Shown here one piece after another: positions 11,541 through 25,300 of a stretch of DNA of 64,000 nt (position 1 is the stretch's first letter; every line of letters starts with the position of its first letter). Source of the DNA: Selaginella moellendorffii. Its lineage: Eukaryota > Plantae > Lycopodiophyta. Where the stretch lies: positions 84,105-148,104 of the forward strand of contig NW_003314276.1 of assembly GCF_000143415.4 (NCBI RefSeq). The letters run 5' to 3'. A program made the translations under genes and the position numbers. The notes below the pieces were generated by a model that saw nothing but the letters and a program-made list of their open reading frames with translations, did not search any database and was not told the DNA's origin.

Positions 11541-12050
11541 CTCCATCGGGACATCCCAGAGTGCAATGTTGAGGGGAAAGGTCCCTCCTTTCAGTCACAC
11601 TTGTTCTTCTTCTGTAAACCTTGGGACCCAAGAGTGGAAAGATACAGCCCATTGGCTGTCAATCACTCCATGCAGCTCCTCTGCTCATTTTCTCACCTCC
11701 TCATCCTCGAACATGACCATGTAGCACCCTTTACCATGTGGGAGTAACTTCTGGACCATGATCCCTTTCTCCAGCGATACGTTAAGCTAGTCAATGGCAA
11801 GGCACCCTGTTGGGAAGCTGCCTTGGAAGACTGCAATGGTTGCTTTTAGTTTCAGCTCCACTTCTTTGGCCACCACTACTTGCTGCAAATGATCCAGCAG
11901 CTGCACTGATTTAGTTCTGCTATTCTGCATTGTCCTTCCATTGTTAGGGACCTGCACGTTTGTCTTTATCTCTGGGCCGTCTCCACTCCCATGCATATCA
12001 TCCTTGTTGTTCTATCTTGCATACGCGTCTTGGTCCTTGGATCTCTTAAG
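11541..12050 (-). pseudogene. Continuation of LINE ORF1 (DUF4283/RRM-like region)
   Basis: Lies across the TSD from the zinc-knuckle segment. Translation KGCYMVMFEDEEVRK*AEELHGVIDSQWAVSFHSWVP...IALWDVP resembles plant L1 ORF1. Confidence 0.65.
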
Positions 12051-13553
12051 TGTGAGACACAAATCCCTAAGCCCCAAAGTGGAGTCGAAAGGGTGCCACG
12101 TGGTAGTGGCCGAAGCGAATGCCAAACACATTTGGACTAAAAACTCTGACTTGAAAGGTCGAGAAAGGGAGTGGAACTTCCAATGAAATGCTCAAGGAAC
12201 AAGCACGAAGCGAACAATAAGTGAGTCTCTAGAAAAGGGACACAAGAGGACCAACACATGACATGTGGAAGAGTCAGAGATGGAGTCCAAGATGGACCAA
12301 GATGGAATTCGAGATGGAGCCTGAGATGGACCCGAGATGGAGCCTGAGATGGACCCGAGATGGAATCCAAGATGGAGTCCGAGAAGGACCCGAGATGAAG
12401 TCCAATGTCAAGACCGAGATCAAGACCGGGACCAGGACCGAGACCAAGGCCAAGGTCGAGATTGAGCCCAAGCCCGAGTCCAAGTCCGAGTCCGAGTCCG
12501 AGTTCGAGTCCGAGTCCAAGTCCGAGTCCAAGTTTGAGTCTGAGAGGGTGAAAGCCCAAAGCATTTGTCTCCCAGATCCTGGGGGGGTTGGTGAGCTTCA
12601 AAAGTATAGTAGGACTCCAGTGGAGCCAGTTTGGCCAGGAAAGGCTAGTTTGGTCAGAAAAGGCTAGTTTGGCCCAGGAAGGCTGTGCCCAGGTATTAGG
12701 TGATGGGATAACCACTGGGAAGTCCAAGGCTAAAGTGAATACGGACAAACAAGCGGGGTAGCTTGGTGAAGTGTTCAAGAGCCGACTCTAGTTCCCCCAG
12801 GAGATCGAATGGTCCATGCTCCCAATCCAAGTGTGGGTGGCACTACCTACTTGGATACCTAGTGTGGCTCAATGGAACCTCGCTCTAAGCCCATCATGGG
12901 GCTAGAGCACCTAAAGTCGGAAGGTGGGGAGAGTACCTATGAGGCTCGCGTAGGGCCACAGTGTTCTGAAATATTGTCCCAAAGTCCCAGAGTGTGGAAA
13001 GGAAGAGGAGTAGTCCTCTAGAGAAGTGACTAAGGATACAGTCACATGGTGAGGAAGTCCTGGGAGACAGTGGGACTTAGTGGTCGGGCCTGCGGGCCTT
13101 GATCCAATGTTGGCGAATTCGGCCATGGATAGAAAGGGACTTGGTGGGGATTGAAAAAAGGATATTGGGTCAAGCTATTTCCCATGTCTACGGGCATTCT
13201 AAGGATGCTAAGGAGTGGATTTAGGTTGATCACTCATGGACGGATGGCCCAATTTGTGAAAGACAGGACTATGATGCAAGTGGTGTTAGAACACCAGTGT
13301 GACAAAGGTAAATGGACATGGCCTTAGTCTAATAGGAAAACATGTCGGTGGTATATTTGGATGTCAGTCACGAGATCGGACATGTGAAGCACTTGGACCA
13401 AGTGCAAAAGTTGAGTGGCATAGATGCCACTTTCGGGGCCTAGCAAGCCCCAAGTCCCAAATTGGACTTATGAAGGTTGTGAATGACACTTTTTCAAGTG
13501 GTCGGAGGTGTGGTTAAGTGACTAAAGTAGAATGGAAAATTTAGTCGCTTACA
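12051..13553 (+). mobile_element. Diverged solo LTR of family A (no matching TSD)
   Basis: TGTGAGACAC...GTCGCTTACA with no PBS after it; flanks TTAAG and TCTGG differ. Confidence 0.9.
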
Positions 13554-15720
13554 TCTGGGTCCTTGGGCTGGTTGTCTCCCCCAACATTTTCTCCTTTTCC
13601 TTTCTGATTGTATTTTGGGGCACTTGGCTTCCTCCCTTTCAGATAGGTCACCTAGTTTCTTCTCAATCGCGTTGTCACCCTTCTTGGAAACTTTCTTCTT
13701 CTCGTGAACTGGTGATTCCTCTTGTTGTAGGAACTCTTCCACTACTTCTGCCCATTCTGTCCTTTCTTGTTCCTTGCTCCATGCCTTCAACTTTCTCTTC
13801 ACCACCTTGCATTCTTTCTTCTTTTCTATTTTGTGTTTCTTGCACTCGTTTTGGGCCTCCTCTCTCATTTGTTGCATTTGCTTCTCCTGGTCCTCTAGCA
13901 GCTCTGCAAGAGGCTTATCTTTGTCTCTACGCTTTGGTTGGTCCTCTTGGGTGCCTTTTTCCTGCTTGTCACGGGTGGCCACGCTTTCTTCCGTATTAAA
14001 CAGTTTTGCCTTGTCCAAATTCTTCTTGGTCTCCACTGTGTCTGCGACCAGGTGGAAAGCTTCCCTGTATGCTGGGCCAAGCACTAGGTCCTCTTCGAGT
14101 ACATTTGTCTCCTGGTGCCAGATTTCTACCATGAGGATATCCTGGTGGAGGATGAGATCCTCTGTGGAGCACCTATTAAGCTTTTGCTTGAAGTCCCTCA
14201 GACACCAACACAGTTCTCCTATGTCGGAAAAACATGGCATGACCTCTTGTACATCGACTGCCCTCGTGTGAGACTTGGTCTTTGGTTGGGATCCCACTGA
14301 TTTCGCGGGAGACTGCATCTCCATCTCCTTCGGTCTATTTGTGAGGTCTGAGTGCCATCTATGGGCGAATTTGTGGCTGAGTGATACCACAATGCTCCTG
14401 TTTCTAGTGTTTGCCCGATCCAGTGGTAGGACGTTGTCCCCCAGGGCATTTTCTCTCCCTTCCTACTCGTTCGGGCTCTTCTACAATTCAAGGTTGTCCT
14501 TGTCTCCTGTCTCGAAGTGTGTGGTGTTGGAGAGGGCACTCATTCCACTCTAGGCCCCGTGGTGGGGGATAGAGCACGCTCCTGCTTGTCCTCTTTTCCT
14601 GCATCTACACTTACTCAGATTGTTTCACCTCGCTTGCGTGTGCCTCTCCCTTGCTTACGTGGTGTTGCTATCCAGGAGCCTTCGCCACCCCTCGTCTCGC
14701 GATTCAATATTGCCATTTCCCCGGCGTTTGGGGCTCCCAAGTGGCTCCTCAGAGCTGCATTTCCCAGCAGCTGGTGTTGTTCCACTGGTTCTTTCACCAC
14801 CAGAATTACTAGGTTTAGCCCCGCATTCTGCTCCAACATGCCCAGTCTTATGGGACTTCTCACATTCTCCTCCTTTGCCCATACCTTCTTTGCCAGCATC
14901 CCCAGGCTTCTTGTCCACTTGGGGCTCAGCCTTCCCTCAACCTTGTCCTTTTGCGTTTCCACCCAAAGAGTATCCTTAGTGGATTGCGAGTCCTCCCTAG
15001 CCCGGCTCGAGCCCGTGCCTTCATCTACCTGGCTTAGTTAACCTTGCATCTGCCCACTAGTCAAACTGAGCTGAGTAGGGCACCTCCAGCCACTGTTCGT
15101 GGTTCCCTTATCTTGGGCGTGCTTGCCACTTCCATCTCCTTGAGGAGCTTAAGAGTTTCTTCTGCCCGGGTCATTGTCTCCTTTGTTCCTCTCTGTATTT
15201 CCTCTTGAAGGACCTCTATCGCTTGTGCCTCATACTTCTCACTATCCGGCTCCTGTGACTGCTCCGCCTGTGAGTCTCCTCTACTGGATGCATCGCTGCT
15301 GTGGCCCGAGTTCATCTTACCAAGCCCTGTACCATCGTGGCAGCCAAGAGGTTGCTGCTTAGTGCCCATTGGGGTTTTGTGGCTTGCTGCTCATCTTTTT
15401 ATCAGTCCACCCTGGGGTAGACAAATATTGAGGCCACGCCCCCTTGTCCCTCGTCCGAGCGTGATGGGCTGCCCTCGAGCTCTTCCTCTGCTGAATGATT
15501 TGCTTGGGTCTATCCTGGGCACAAGAAAATGAGACAACACAGAGATCAGAACAAAGAGATTCTTCCTTGAATCTCATGGCGGATGCCCCCGCCAATGGTA
15601 GCAAGTGTGGGGAGATTGGGCGCTCTCCCCTTGGTGCTAATCCACCTCTAGCTGCGCTTCCAGTTACGACAGCCACGGCACTAGACGCTGTGCCTCTCCT
15701 TGCCCTAAAGCGCCAAACAT
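13554..15720 (-). pseudogene. Degenerate charged/coiled-coil ORF, probably the 5' part of LINE ORF1
   Basis: Broken minus-strand ORFs 13494-14390 (E/K-rich), 14615-14962 and 15061-15369 lie on the same strand as, and upstream of, the LINE segments. Confidence 0.45.
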
Positions 15721-15779
15721 TTTTTTTAGGTCCTTGGGTAGCAAGGTGGCTTTCATACACTATAGTATCATTTAGATTC

Positions 15780-17626
15780 AATTTAACACAGGAGGTGCTT
15801 GTGAATCAAATTTGTAAACAAACCAACTGGATGGACTATGCAACGTTTTTCTTATATCTTAAAAGCTATCCAGAGTTAATATTTCTTGTGAAGTTGTATG
15901 TAGGAGGAAGTTGCTTGAGTCTTGAAGGTTTGTATTCCTAAACTAAAAGTCATTTTTTCTCTAGGATGGAAAATTTTCCATAAATTTTCTTAGGCTTTTC
16001 TAATGGCTAATTTGTTAATCATTTTGCCCAAAAATCATGTTGTTTTTGAAAGGTAGTACAAACTAGTATAACGAGTTAACTTCAGTTAGCTTAGACTTTA
16101 GTATATAGTTTGTATGATGCAGTTTAACAAAGATGCTGACTTTTGGGGTTAAAGCAATTGAGTTGAATAAAGCTTGGTGTTGGTGTAAAAAAGTTGCCGT
16201 TGCACTTTTCTAAAAAGGTAACCCTTGTGCTTTTCTTTTATAGTATTATATTTAGTAGCAGATTGCATCATGTATTTCATTCAACTTTATGAAAGTAGTG
16301 AGCTTTCATTGATCTTGACTTGGTCTTGGTAACCTTATGTGTTGGTTGAGGATGTTGATGTTCAATTTAGTTGTTTGTAGTTGAGGTGTTAATACCCATA
16401 CTATAGTTTTATTTATGAGGAGGTTATGTATTAATATGAGTCCATCTCATGGTTTTCACTTTAGTTTCGATTGAGTGTTAATCATACATAGCTAGCCTAT
16501 TCAAGGCATGGTCCAAGCTATTGGCTAAACATGGTGAGGTTATTGTAGTTCAATTGGATTTAAGTGATCATTTAGTCTATGCTTGTCCATATTCTGTACT
16601 TGAGATATTACCTTCATGTTGGATAAGTATGTGACTCAATGGCATGATTTTAGTGTTTGGGTCTTATAAAGCCAAGTTGAAAAAGTGACTGTTAATTGCT
16701 TTGCAATTAGTGATTGCTTATAGACTTTGTTGAGGACTTTTGATACTTGCTTCAGTTGATGAAGATTTATCAATGATGGGCTTGCTTTCTAAAATGGTGT
16801 TGCGGAGGATTGTGTCATTAAACTTATATAGTTTTTCCATGTTGGTATATTAATTCTACCTTTGTCAATATCATTTAGTTACATTTAGTCAGTGGTGTTA
16901 AATTACATTGAGTTTTGGATGTAGTGAATCACTCTTTAATTATGTGTTATCTATAACTGAGTTTTGCTAAAGGACACTAAATAACGTATCTTCAAATGAT
17001 TAACTTGATTGCTAAATAGCTTTGAGAAGTGATTCATTTTTTGCTTTCTTTTTAGCTTTGTTATGGTGTTGATGGTATTGAAGTGATGTGTTATTGTTAA
17101 CATTATTGTTGTTGAGATTGAAGTGAGATAAGATGCCTTTCCAAAGGGTTGATATTAAGTTTCATTAGTTTCAATATAGATAGTATTGATGATTTGGCTT
17201 TAGCTTTATGTTATTGGCATTTATGCATTTGCTAGTTAGTAACTATATTGGCATTCAAACAAACTAAGTGGCAAGTTGAGTTAGTTGTATTTCAAATAAA
17301 ATTATTTAGTAGGGGTTGAGCTTTGAGTTTTTCTTTGAAAAGTATTTTAGTCATAGGCTACACTAACTTTACAAGAGGAATAGTTAATGATTGATATTGA
17401 AAATGTTGGTTCTTTGTTAGATTTAAGTTGGTATATATCAATCATTAATGATTCTTTCTATGCTTTTTATAAAGTGAGTTACGTTTTATTATGATGTTGG
17501 ATTAGTTTAGAGTTTAGTCAAATAGAGAGTGGCATAAGTTTGTCTGTGTTGTGAATAAAAGTTAGTGATGTGGGGTGTTGTAAGTCTCTATGGGTGGAGT
17601 GTGGCATTTATGTTGGGTGTTGTAAG
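15780..17626 (+). mobile_element. Decayed family-B internal region
   Basis: Aligns by eye with about 1480-2505 and with the reverse complement of about 24200-25450; strongly AT-shifted. Confidence 0.7.
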
Positions 17627-20600
17627 TCTCTCCCAATCCCCCTCCCCGGGTTAGACTGGACTTAAGGTTCGGCTACACTCCCCGCAAACACAAGCAACCA
17701 AGCACACTAAGCCTCTAGGTTCCTAACACCCCTTGGTACAACAAGACTTGATCATGGGACCCTCTAAATCCCAAGCCTTGGGTGCAACACTTGCTTCGGG
17801 ACATCGGAGTGAAACACCGTGGCCTAACGGCCCGGTATGGGTACCTCTACCCCCCACTTCCATCCCGAAGGGAAAGCCCAAGCCCCTAGGAAGGGCGAGG
17901 ACCAATAAGCCACAAGGTACTCAAGTGGGGCACCACTCCACATGAGCCGGGAGCACCGCAGTTGGTTTCCCTTTCGGGAGTGGGAGCTGCTCTTGAGCAC
18001 TTTCCTGGGTGGCCCCTCTGGCACCACCCAAGGCCCCTCGGCCCCAGTCTCAATCTCAAGTCAATTTGGAAGCACCATTGGAGAGTTCCTTCAAGACTAG
18101 TTCCTGGACCTCACTATCCCTACTATACCTTTGGAACCCCCTGCAGCCCCCCCGGGAGATGCACGCTTTGGGCTTTCACCCCTTGACCCGTATTAGTACT
18201 CGAACTCGGTCTCGGACTCGATCTCAGACTCGATTTTGGACCCGACTTCGGACTCGGTCTTGGACTCGATTTCAGACTCGATCTCAGACCCGATCTCGGA
18301 CTCGACTTCGGACTCGACCTCAGACTCGGTCTCAGACCCAATCTCGGATCTCGCACTCTTTCTCAAACTCGGTCTCCGAGTTGGCCTCGGACTCTATCTC
18401 GAACTTGGTCTCAGAGTCAGTCTTGGACTCGATCTCAGACGTGGTCCCATCCGATGAACTCTTTGTCATTTCGGTTATAATTTTCGTTCCTTACAACTCC
18501 ACCACCCATAGAAGAAGTTCGATGCCCACATCGAACATCTCTTTTTATCCTATGACTTGTTGACCATGTCTCCGGGGGCATCCTTCCACTCAGCGGTGTG
18601 CCTAAGTTAGCCTCCCTGGCCAAGAGCCCATGACAACGGAATATAGTTGTCCCTATACCCCTCACCCCACCACACCCTAGTATGGTCATGCCTCAATCTT
18701 GTAAGGCTCCACGAACTTGGTTAAGGAATTCAAAATTAGTTCACTTTCAGGAATATATGCATCTTACCTTTGGGTCAACTTCCAGTTGATCCCACTTGGT
18801 AGCCTGAGGTTTTTGGTGTTCAGCCACACCTTCTCCCCAGCTTGGAACTCTACATCCTGGCGCTTTTGGTTTGCGTACTTGGTTTGCCTTTGTTCAGCCC
18901 ATTCCAAGGAATCCCTCACTAGATTCCAAATGTTGAGTCTTTCTGCCGTGAATGCCTCCACTGTAGGTAACTCTCCATGATACTCAGCCACACCGAGTTC
19001 CACAAGACCTTCAATAGCTCGTCCATTGATGACTTCCCATGGACTCACCCCGATACTTGAGTGTGGTGAGTTGTTATAGCACATTTCTGCAAGTCCCAAA
19101 TGACTTACCCAATCAGTCTTGTCTTCAGAGACATAGCATTGCAAATAATGCCACATTGTTCGTGTAAACCTTGAAGTGTCTTCCAAGGTAGTGTCCCCAC
19201 TCCTTGAGCACCTTGACCACCGCAAATAATTCCTTCTCGTGGGCAGGCCACTTCCGTTGAGCCTGGTCCAACTTCTTCGAGAAGAACGCTACTAGATGGT
19301 TGTCTTGCTTCAAAATTGCACCCAATGCAAAGTCTAAAGCATCCGTTTCTACCTCAAAGTCCTTACCAAAGTTTAGTAATGCCAACACGGGAGCCTTCCT
19401 CAACTTCTTTTTGAGGTGGACAAATGCTGCCTCGCATTCTGCTGTCTATACCATCTTGCCTTTTCCTGTTTGTTCTGTTAAGGGCAAGGCTACTCTCAAA
19501 TAGTGTTTGGTAAACTTTCGGTACTAGTTGCATAGCCCCAAGAATGCCCTTAACTTGTGTACATTCGATGGTCACTCCCAATCTTGAATGGCTTGGACCT
19601 TCTCAAAGTCCACCTTGAGCCCATCCTTGCCCACCACATGCCTGAGAAACTTTACCTCTTGTTAAGAAAAGTCACATTTGCTCTCTTTAGCATACAGCTA
19701 GTGTTCCCTTAGTTTCTCAAACACCTTCATCAAGTGTTTGGCATGCTCCACTAGCGTTTTGCTATAGATCAGGATGTCGTCAATATAAATGACCATAAAG
19801 TGATCCTGATAGGGTACAAAGATGTGGTTCATCAAAGCCGAAAACGTTGCTGGTTCATTGCATAGCCTAAAAGGCATCACCAGAAACTCAAAGCTCCCAT
19901 ACCTTGTTCAATAGGTTGTCTTCTCAACATCTTCCTTTGCTACCCTGATCTGGTAATATCTTGACATTAGGTCAATCTTCGAGAAGTATTTTGCCTTTCC
20001 CAACCTATCGAACAGGTCCTCAATCCTTGGCAAAGGGTACTTGTTCTTCTTGGTATACTTGTTGAGTAACCGGTAGTCTATGCACATGTGCATAGATCCA
20101 TCTTTCTTTTTCACAAATAACACCAGCACCCCATATGGCGACTTGCTAAATCTAACATACCCTTTGTCCACCAACTCCTCTAGTTAGCACTTGAGCTCCT
20201 CGAGTTCTTTTTTGTTCAAACAATAGGGGGGACGAACCACTGCCTCAGCACCCTCAACCAACTCAATCTTATGTTCTATCGGTCGTGCAGGGGGCAACCC
20301 CACCGGTAGCTCCTCTGGCATAGTATCCTGGAATTGGTCTAACACCTGTTGGATCACTAAAGTTACTTCTTCTATTATTGTCTTTTTGTCACTCTTCACT
20401 GAGAGTAAGGATAGAAATGTTGTCTTGGTTCCTTTAGTGAGTTGTCCTTTCGTGGACACCAGGTTCAGACAGGAATCTTTGGCCTTGCATTGCCCTACTT
20501 TAGATCCTGGGTCTCCACCCTAGATCTTCTTCCTTGTGCATTTGCTAGTACCATAAGGTTCCTACCTTGTCTATGCTGGGCTACAACAAACCGATTGAAC

Positions 20601-22381
20601 CAATCCATCCCGAAGATCACATCAAATCCCGCCATGTCTAACACGGTGAAATCTATGTCTACTTTCCATGTCCTTACTTCAACTCTCGCTTGTCAAAGTA
20701 CCTCATTGATGCCTTTAGCTACCTTGAACAAACTTTATAGTCCTTGTTTTGCCCAATCGCTGCACCATTAGTTCGACTTGCTGAACTATGTCTATAGCCA
20801 CAAAATTATCCGAAGCACCCGTATCAATAAGGATCTTAATAAAGCTACCTCCGAGCTTCCCTCGGAGGGCTAGTAGATGTCGCAAACAACTCTCTACCAA
20901 AGTTGATCGTGTAATGAGTAACTTTGAGCTAGAGACTGGATCCCATTCCTCAATTTAGATTTCACCCAACTTAATGGCTATATTGGCCTTGGCCTTCTTC
21001 GAATAGGGACATTCCCTCGAAAAGTGTCCCACTTCACCGTAGTTGTAGCATATGTTGTTTCCCACGCTGCTTGTTTCCCAATCCTCCACCACCTTATAGT
21101 CGTTCACTCCCTTGAAGACCGGTGGGGGCTTTGGTTTGTACTTGGGAACTGCCTGAGGGACTGATTCCACTTCAGTCTCTTCGACCTTTTTTGGTTTTGC
21201 CTTAGTCCCTGCCAAAGGGTCCGCACCTTTTGCACTACCAGCATCCGCAGTCTTTTGCCTTTTCTTCCGCTTCTCGTTATGCTTTAGCTTGTGTATGAGA
21301 GTCTCCAGCAGGGCATTGGTCTGTGCCAATTGTCCTTTTAGAATGTCCAATCGAGCCTTGGACGACCAAACCTCACCACTGGACTCCTGTTTGGAAGTTT
21401 CCTCACTGGAGTCCTCCTCATGCAAGGATTCCTCATCTATAGCCTCTTGTTCGACTGGAGGCTCCAGCTCTGGAGGAGGTTCAGACTCCGCCTTAGTTCG
21501 TTTCCGCCTTGCCTTTGCCATCTCCCAGCAATCCGCCTCTAGCCTTCGCTAGAACTGAGGAAAAGGCTCCGATACCAAATTGTAAGCCACAAATTTTTCC
21601 TTTCCCATTTGGTAGCTTACCTCATCTATCCGACTAACACTACCTTGGCTTTTGCTAAGTTCCTTCACCAAGGTTCCCACCTATTGTACCAGCTCCTACT
21701 TGGTCCTACTTGGTTTCAGCAACTCATTATACGAGTAACGGAGCGTTAGCCATCCATCCACAGATTCCCTAATCTCTCCCAATCTCCCTCCTTGGGTTAG
21801 ACTGGACTTAAGGTTTGGCTACACTCCCCGCAGGCACAAGCAGCCAAGCACACCAAGCCTTGGGTGCAACACTTGCTTCAGGACACCGGGGCGAAACACC
21901 ATGGCCTAACAGCCAGGTATCGGTACCTCTACCCCCTCACTTCCAACCCAAAGGGAAGGCCCAAGCCCCTAGGAAGGGCGAGCACTAATGAGCCATAAGG
22001 TACTCAAGTGGGGCACCACTCCACATGAGCCGGGAGAACGGTTTCTCTTTCGAGAGTGGGAGCTGCTCTTGAGGACTTCACTCGGTCTCAAACTCGATCT
22101 TGGACCCAATCTCAGACTCAACTTTGAACTCGACCTTGGACTCGACCTCGAACCCGATCTCGGATCTCGGACTCTATCTCAAACTCGGTCTCAAACTCGG
22201 TCTTGAACTCGGTTTCTGAGTCGGCCTCGGACTCGATCCCGGACTCTATCTCGAACTCAGTCTCAAAGTTGGTCTTAGACTCGATCTCAGACTTGGTCCC
22301 ATCCGATGAACTCTTTGTCAGTTTGGTCATGCTTTCGGGGGTCCTTTAACCTATGACACCTCGGGGAGTTGTTTCGTTACA
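17627..22381 (-). mobile_element. Decayed Ty3/Gypsy LTR retrotransposon (family C)
   Basis: 5' LTR 21581-22381; PBS TGGTATCGGAGCC 21565-21577; gag with CYNYGEVGHFSREC; protease ILIDTGAS; RT SPYG...KKKDGS...CIDYR...YIDDILIYS; RNase H; integrase C-terminal part; PPT 18496-18510; truncated 3' LTR 17627-18495. Confidence 0.92.
18700..21521 (-). pseudogene. Family C gag-pol (stop codons, frameshifts, internal deletions in gag and at the RNase H/integrase boundary)
   Basis: ORFs 20955-21521, 20715-20900, 20184-20459, 19908-20174, 19698-19880, 19125-19403 and 18764-19225 are in Gypsy domain order. Confidence 0.9.
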
Positions 22382-25300
22382 AGAGTGTCCATAAGGACTA
22401 GCCGACAAGTAACTTTCGATACCTGAAGTCACATTTGCGACACTCTCCCCCTCTTAGGGAATATCAACATCCTCGTTGATGCATACTCAAGTCTAGAATA
22501 CTGCCAAGAAAACAATTCCAGAAAAAATTTACAGTATTCATACTATGGGAGAAATGCACCAACTTAAATGAGTTAGCGTAACTTCTTTGTCTAACGCAGA
22601 TATGCTACCAACTTAGACACCTTTCGGCCATCGCTGACAAGGAAATGACCAATAAAGTTAGCCACCCTTGCTGCTCTGGGTGTCACCCAGCTTACAAAAG
22701 TGTGATATGCCCCTGCCTGCAAGGACATAAAGAGAGAAGCTAGAGGCCCTAACCCTCTTGAGCAAAGAAACTAAACCTGTCAGTAAGGTTTAGATAGACT
22801 ACTGTAAACAAGCAGTTAGAGTTGTTTACACGGTCACGCCTTTTTAAACAGAATAAAGAATATTGATAGAGAGGTGGGTGATGTGACTAGTCGACAGTAG
22901 CTACCCCATGACTAGAGATTTCACGATGCACATGAAGTGCCAAAGTTAGTCTACCTATACTGGCCCAAGTTCAAAGATCAATAGATGAACAATATCAAAG
23001 TCAGAGACAATGATATCTTAGAGACTTAATTATTAGTGAATAAAATTTAAATTAGAACACAAAAGTATTCCAAGTAAGTTATCATCCGATAAACCAGTAT
23101 TATAGGATAGAAACCACTAAGATCACTATAATTAGAAAACATAGGATTCACCATCTAATAAAATTCAATAGTAAATATATCATCAACTCAATGAGAAAAC
23201 TTAACTACCAAAGATTGTAGACAGTATGCTAAATAACTTAACCAAACATAACTTAAAGAACATAAAGTATCCTTAACCAACAAGCATAATACTCACGAAT
23301 GTATCACCCGAAGAAAATAACATCCTAATCTATCAAAACTGACTTTAGTAACAATCAATAGAACCGAATGAATGTGGTACGACTAACAAACACTTAGTTA
23401 TACCAACCATCACACAAGCCAATCTAAATAAATTCTGGTCAACAATACAAAAGAACCTAAGTTGCTTTAGTAAGCGTCAGCAACATCCTGCTGATGTCTC
23501 AAACCTAAGAGACCAATCCAAAGCAAACCACAAAGAACATGTGGTATTGTAAAAAGCCATAAACCATCAAAGAGAACAACTAACCATCATGAAATATCAT
23601 CAATCATCCCATCAATAAAGAGATACATAATCATCATCGAAGAAAGAATCCACCATCCTGAAGAATGGCAAACCATTTTATATTAATAATAATCAAAAAA
23701 ATCCTTTAACAAGGATAATCAACTATCCTAGATAATAATCAATCATCATCAATGATTGCCAGATGTAAATACTAATTTCATTATTAAAGCTAATGAGCCG
23801 AAATACCTTCCCCCAACAACTTTTAACAAATGAAACAATGAGCATAAAAAACTCAAAGAACCAAAAACTTAAAGAAGCATATAGCTAAATCTTGCCTAAC
23901 AATGATTACAAACTTCATATGAACTAACTTCAATGCTAAAGAAAAAAATCATGGCACAATCCATAATATCCTCCTCAACACATCCATAAGCTAAACTTCA
24001 TAATGCAAAACTAATGAAGAGCATATTTGCATCAATCCAAAAGCCAAACACAATGAAGCTATGCTTAACAAGTGAACACTAAACAATCTTCCATGAATCC
24101 ATCTATAACAAGATGTAGCTCATTTCATAACAAGCCCAAGAAAAATCATCAATGATTAATATATCCCAGCTAAAATCTAATAAGGACTCAGCATCTTTAA
24201 TATCGATCACTAACTCTTCTTCTTATAAAGTTAGTATAGTCCATGACTAAATCACTTTTCAAAGAAAAGCCAAAGTTGAACCTCTACAAGGCATCACTTC
24301 AATGCCATCAACACCATAACAAGCTAGAAATCCGAGACTAAACCTTCAATAATACTTAGTTACAGATAACACATCATCAAGAAGTGAATCACCACATCCA
24401 AGAGTCAATGAAATCTAACACTACAGTCTAAATATAACCAAATGATATTAACAGAGGTAGAGTCAATATGCCAACATGGAAAACCCATGTAAGTCAAACG
24501 ACTTGATCCTTTGCAACACTATCTGGTAAAGCAAGCCCATCATTGCTAAATCATCATCGAGCAAAGCAAGTGTCAATAGTCCTTGACAAAGTCTATAAGT
24601 ACTCATTAATCGTAAAGCAACTAACAATCACTCCTCAACTTGCTTTCACAAGACCCAAACACCAACTCTTCTCATCAAGTTATATACTTGTCCAACATGA
24701 ACGTGATACCCCAGGTATGAGATAAAAGTTTATAGACAAGCAAAAACTAAATGACCACTCGAATCCAACTCAACCACAATAAGCTTACTAAAACATTTAG
24801 CCACTAGATCTGAGCATGCCTTGAAAAAGCTAGCTATGCAATCAACACTCAATCAAAACTAAAGTGAAGAATATGAGATGGACTTATGTTGATACACAAC
24901 CTCCTCATAGACAAAACTATAGTACGGGTACCAACAACTCAACCTCAAATAACTAAGTTAGACATCACCATCCTCACCAAGGCGCAGGGCTACCAAGACC
25001 AAGTCAAGATCAGTGAAAACTCACTACTCTCATAGAGTCTAACAAATTGCAAGGTGCAACCTACCACCAAGCACAACGCTACAAAAGAAAGGCACAAGAG
25101 TCACCCTTCTTAAAAAAGCGCAATGGCCACTTTTTTATATCAACTCCAGACTCTATCCAACTCAATTACCTTAGCCCAAAAGTTAGCATCCCTTTCGGTT
25201 TGCATCATACAAACTACCTACTAAAGTTTAAGCCAACCAAAGTCAACTCCAACCCCTTCACTAGTTTGTACTCGCTTATGAAAATGGATTGGTTTTCTAG

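Noticed and set aside
18540-18710. Chromodomain after the family C integrase
   Set aside because: Too decayed; no convincing YLVKW motif in any frame.
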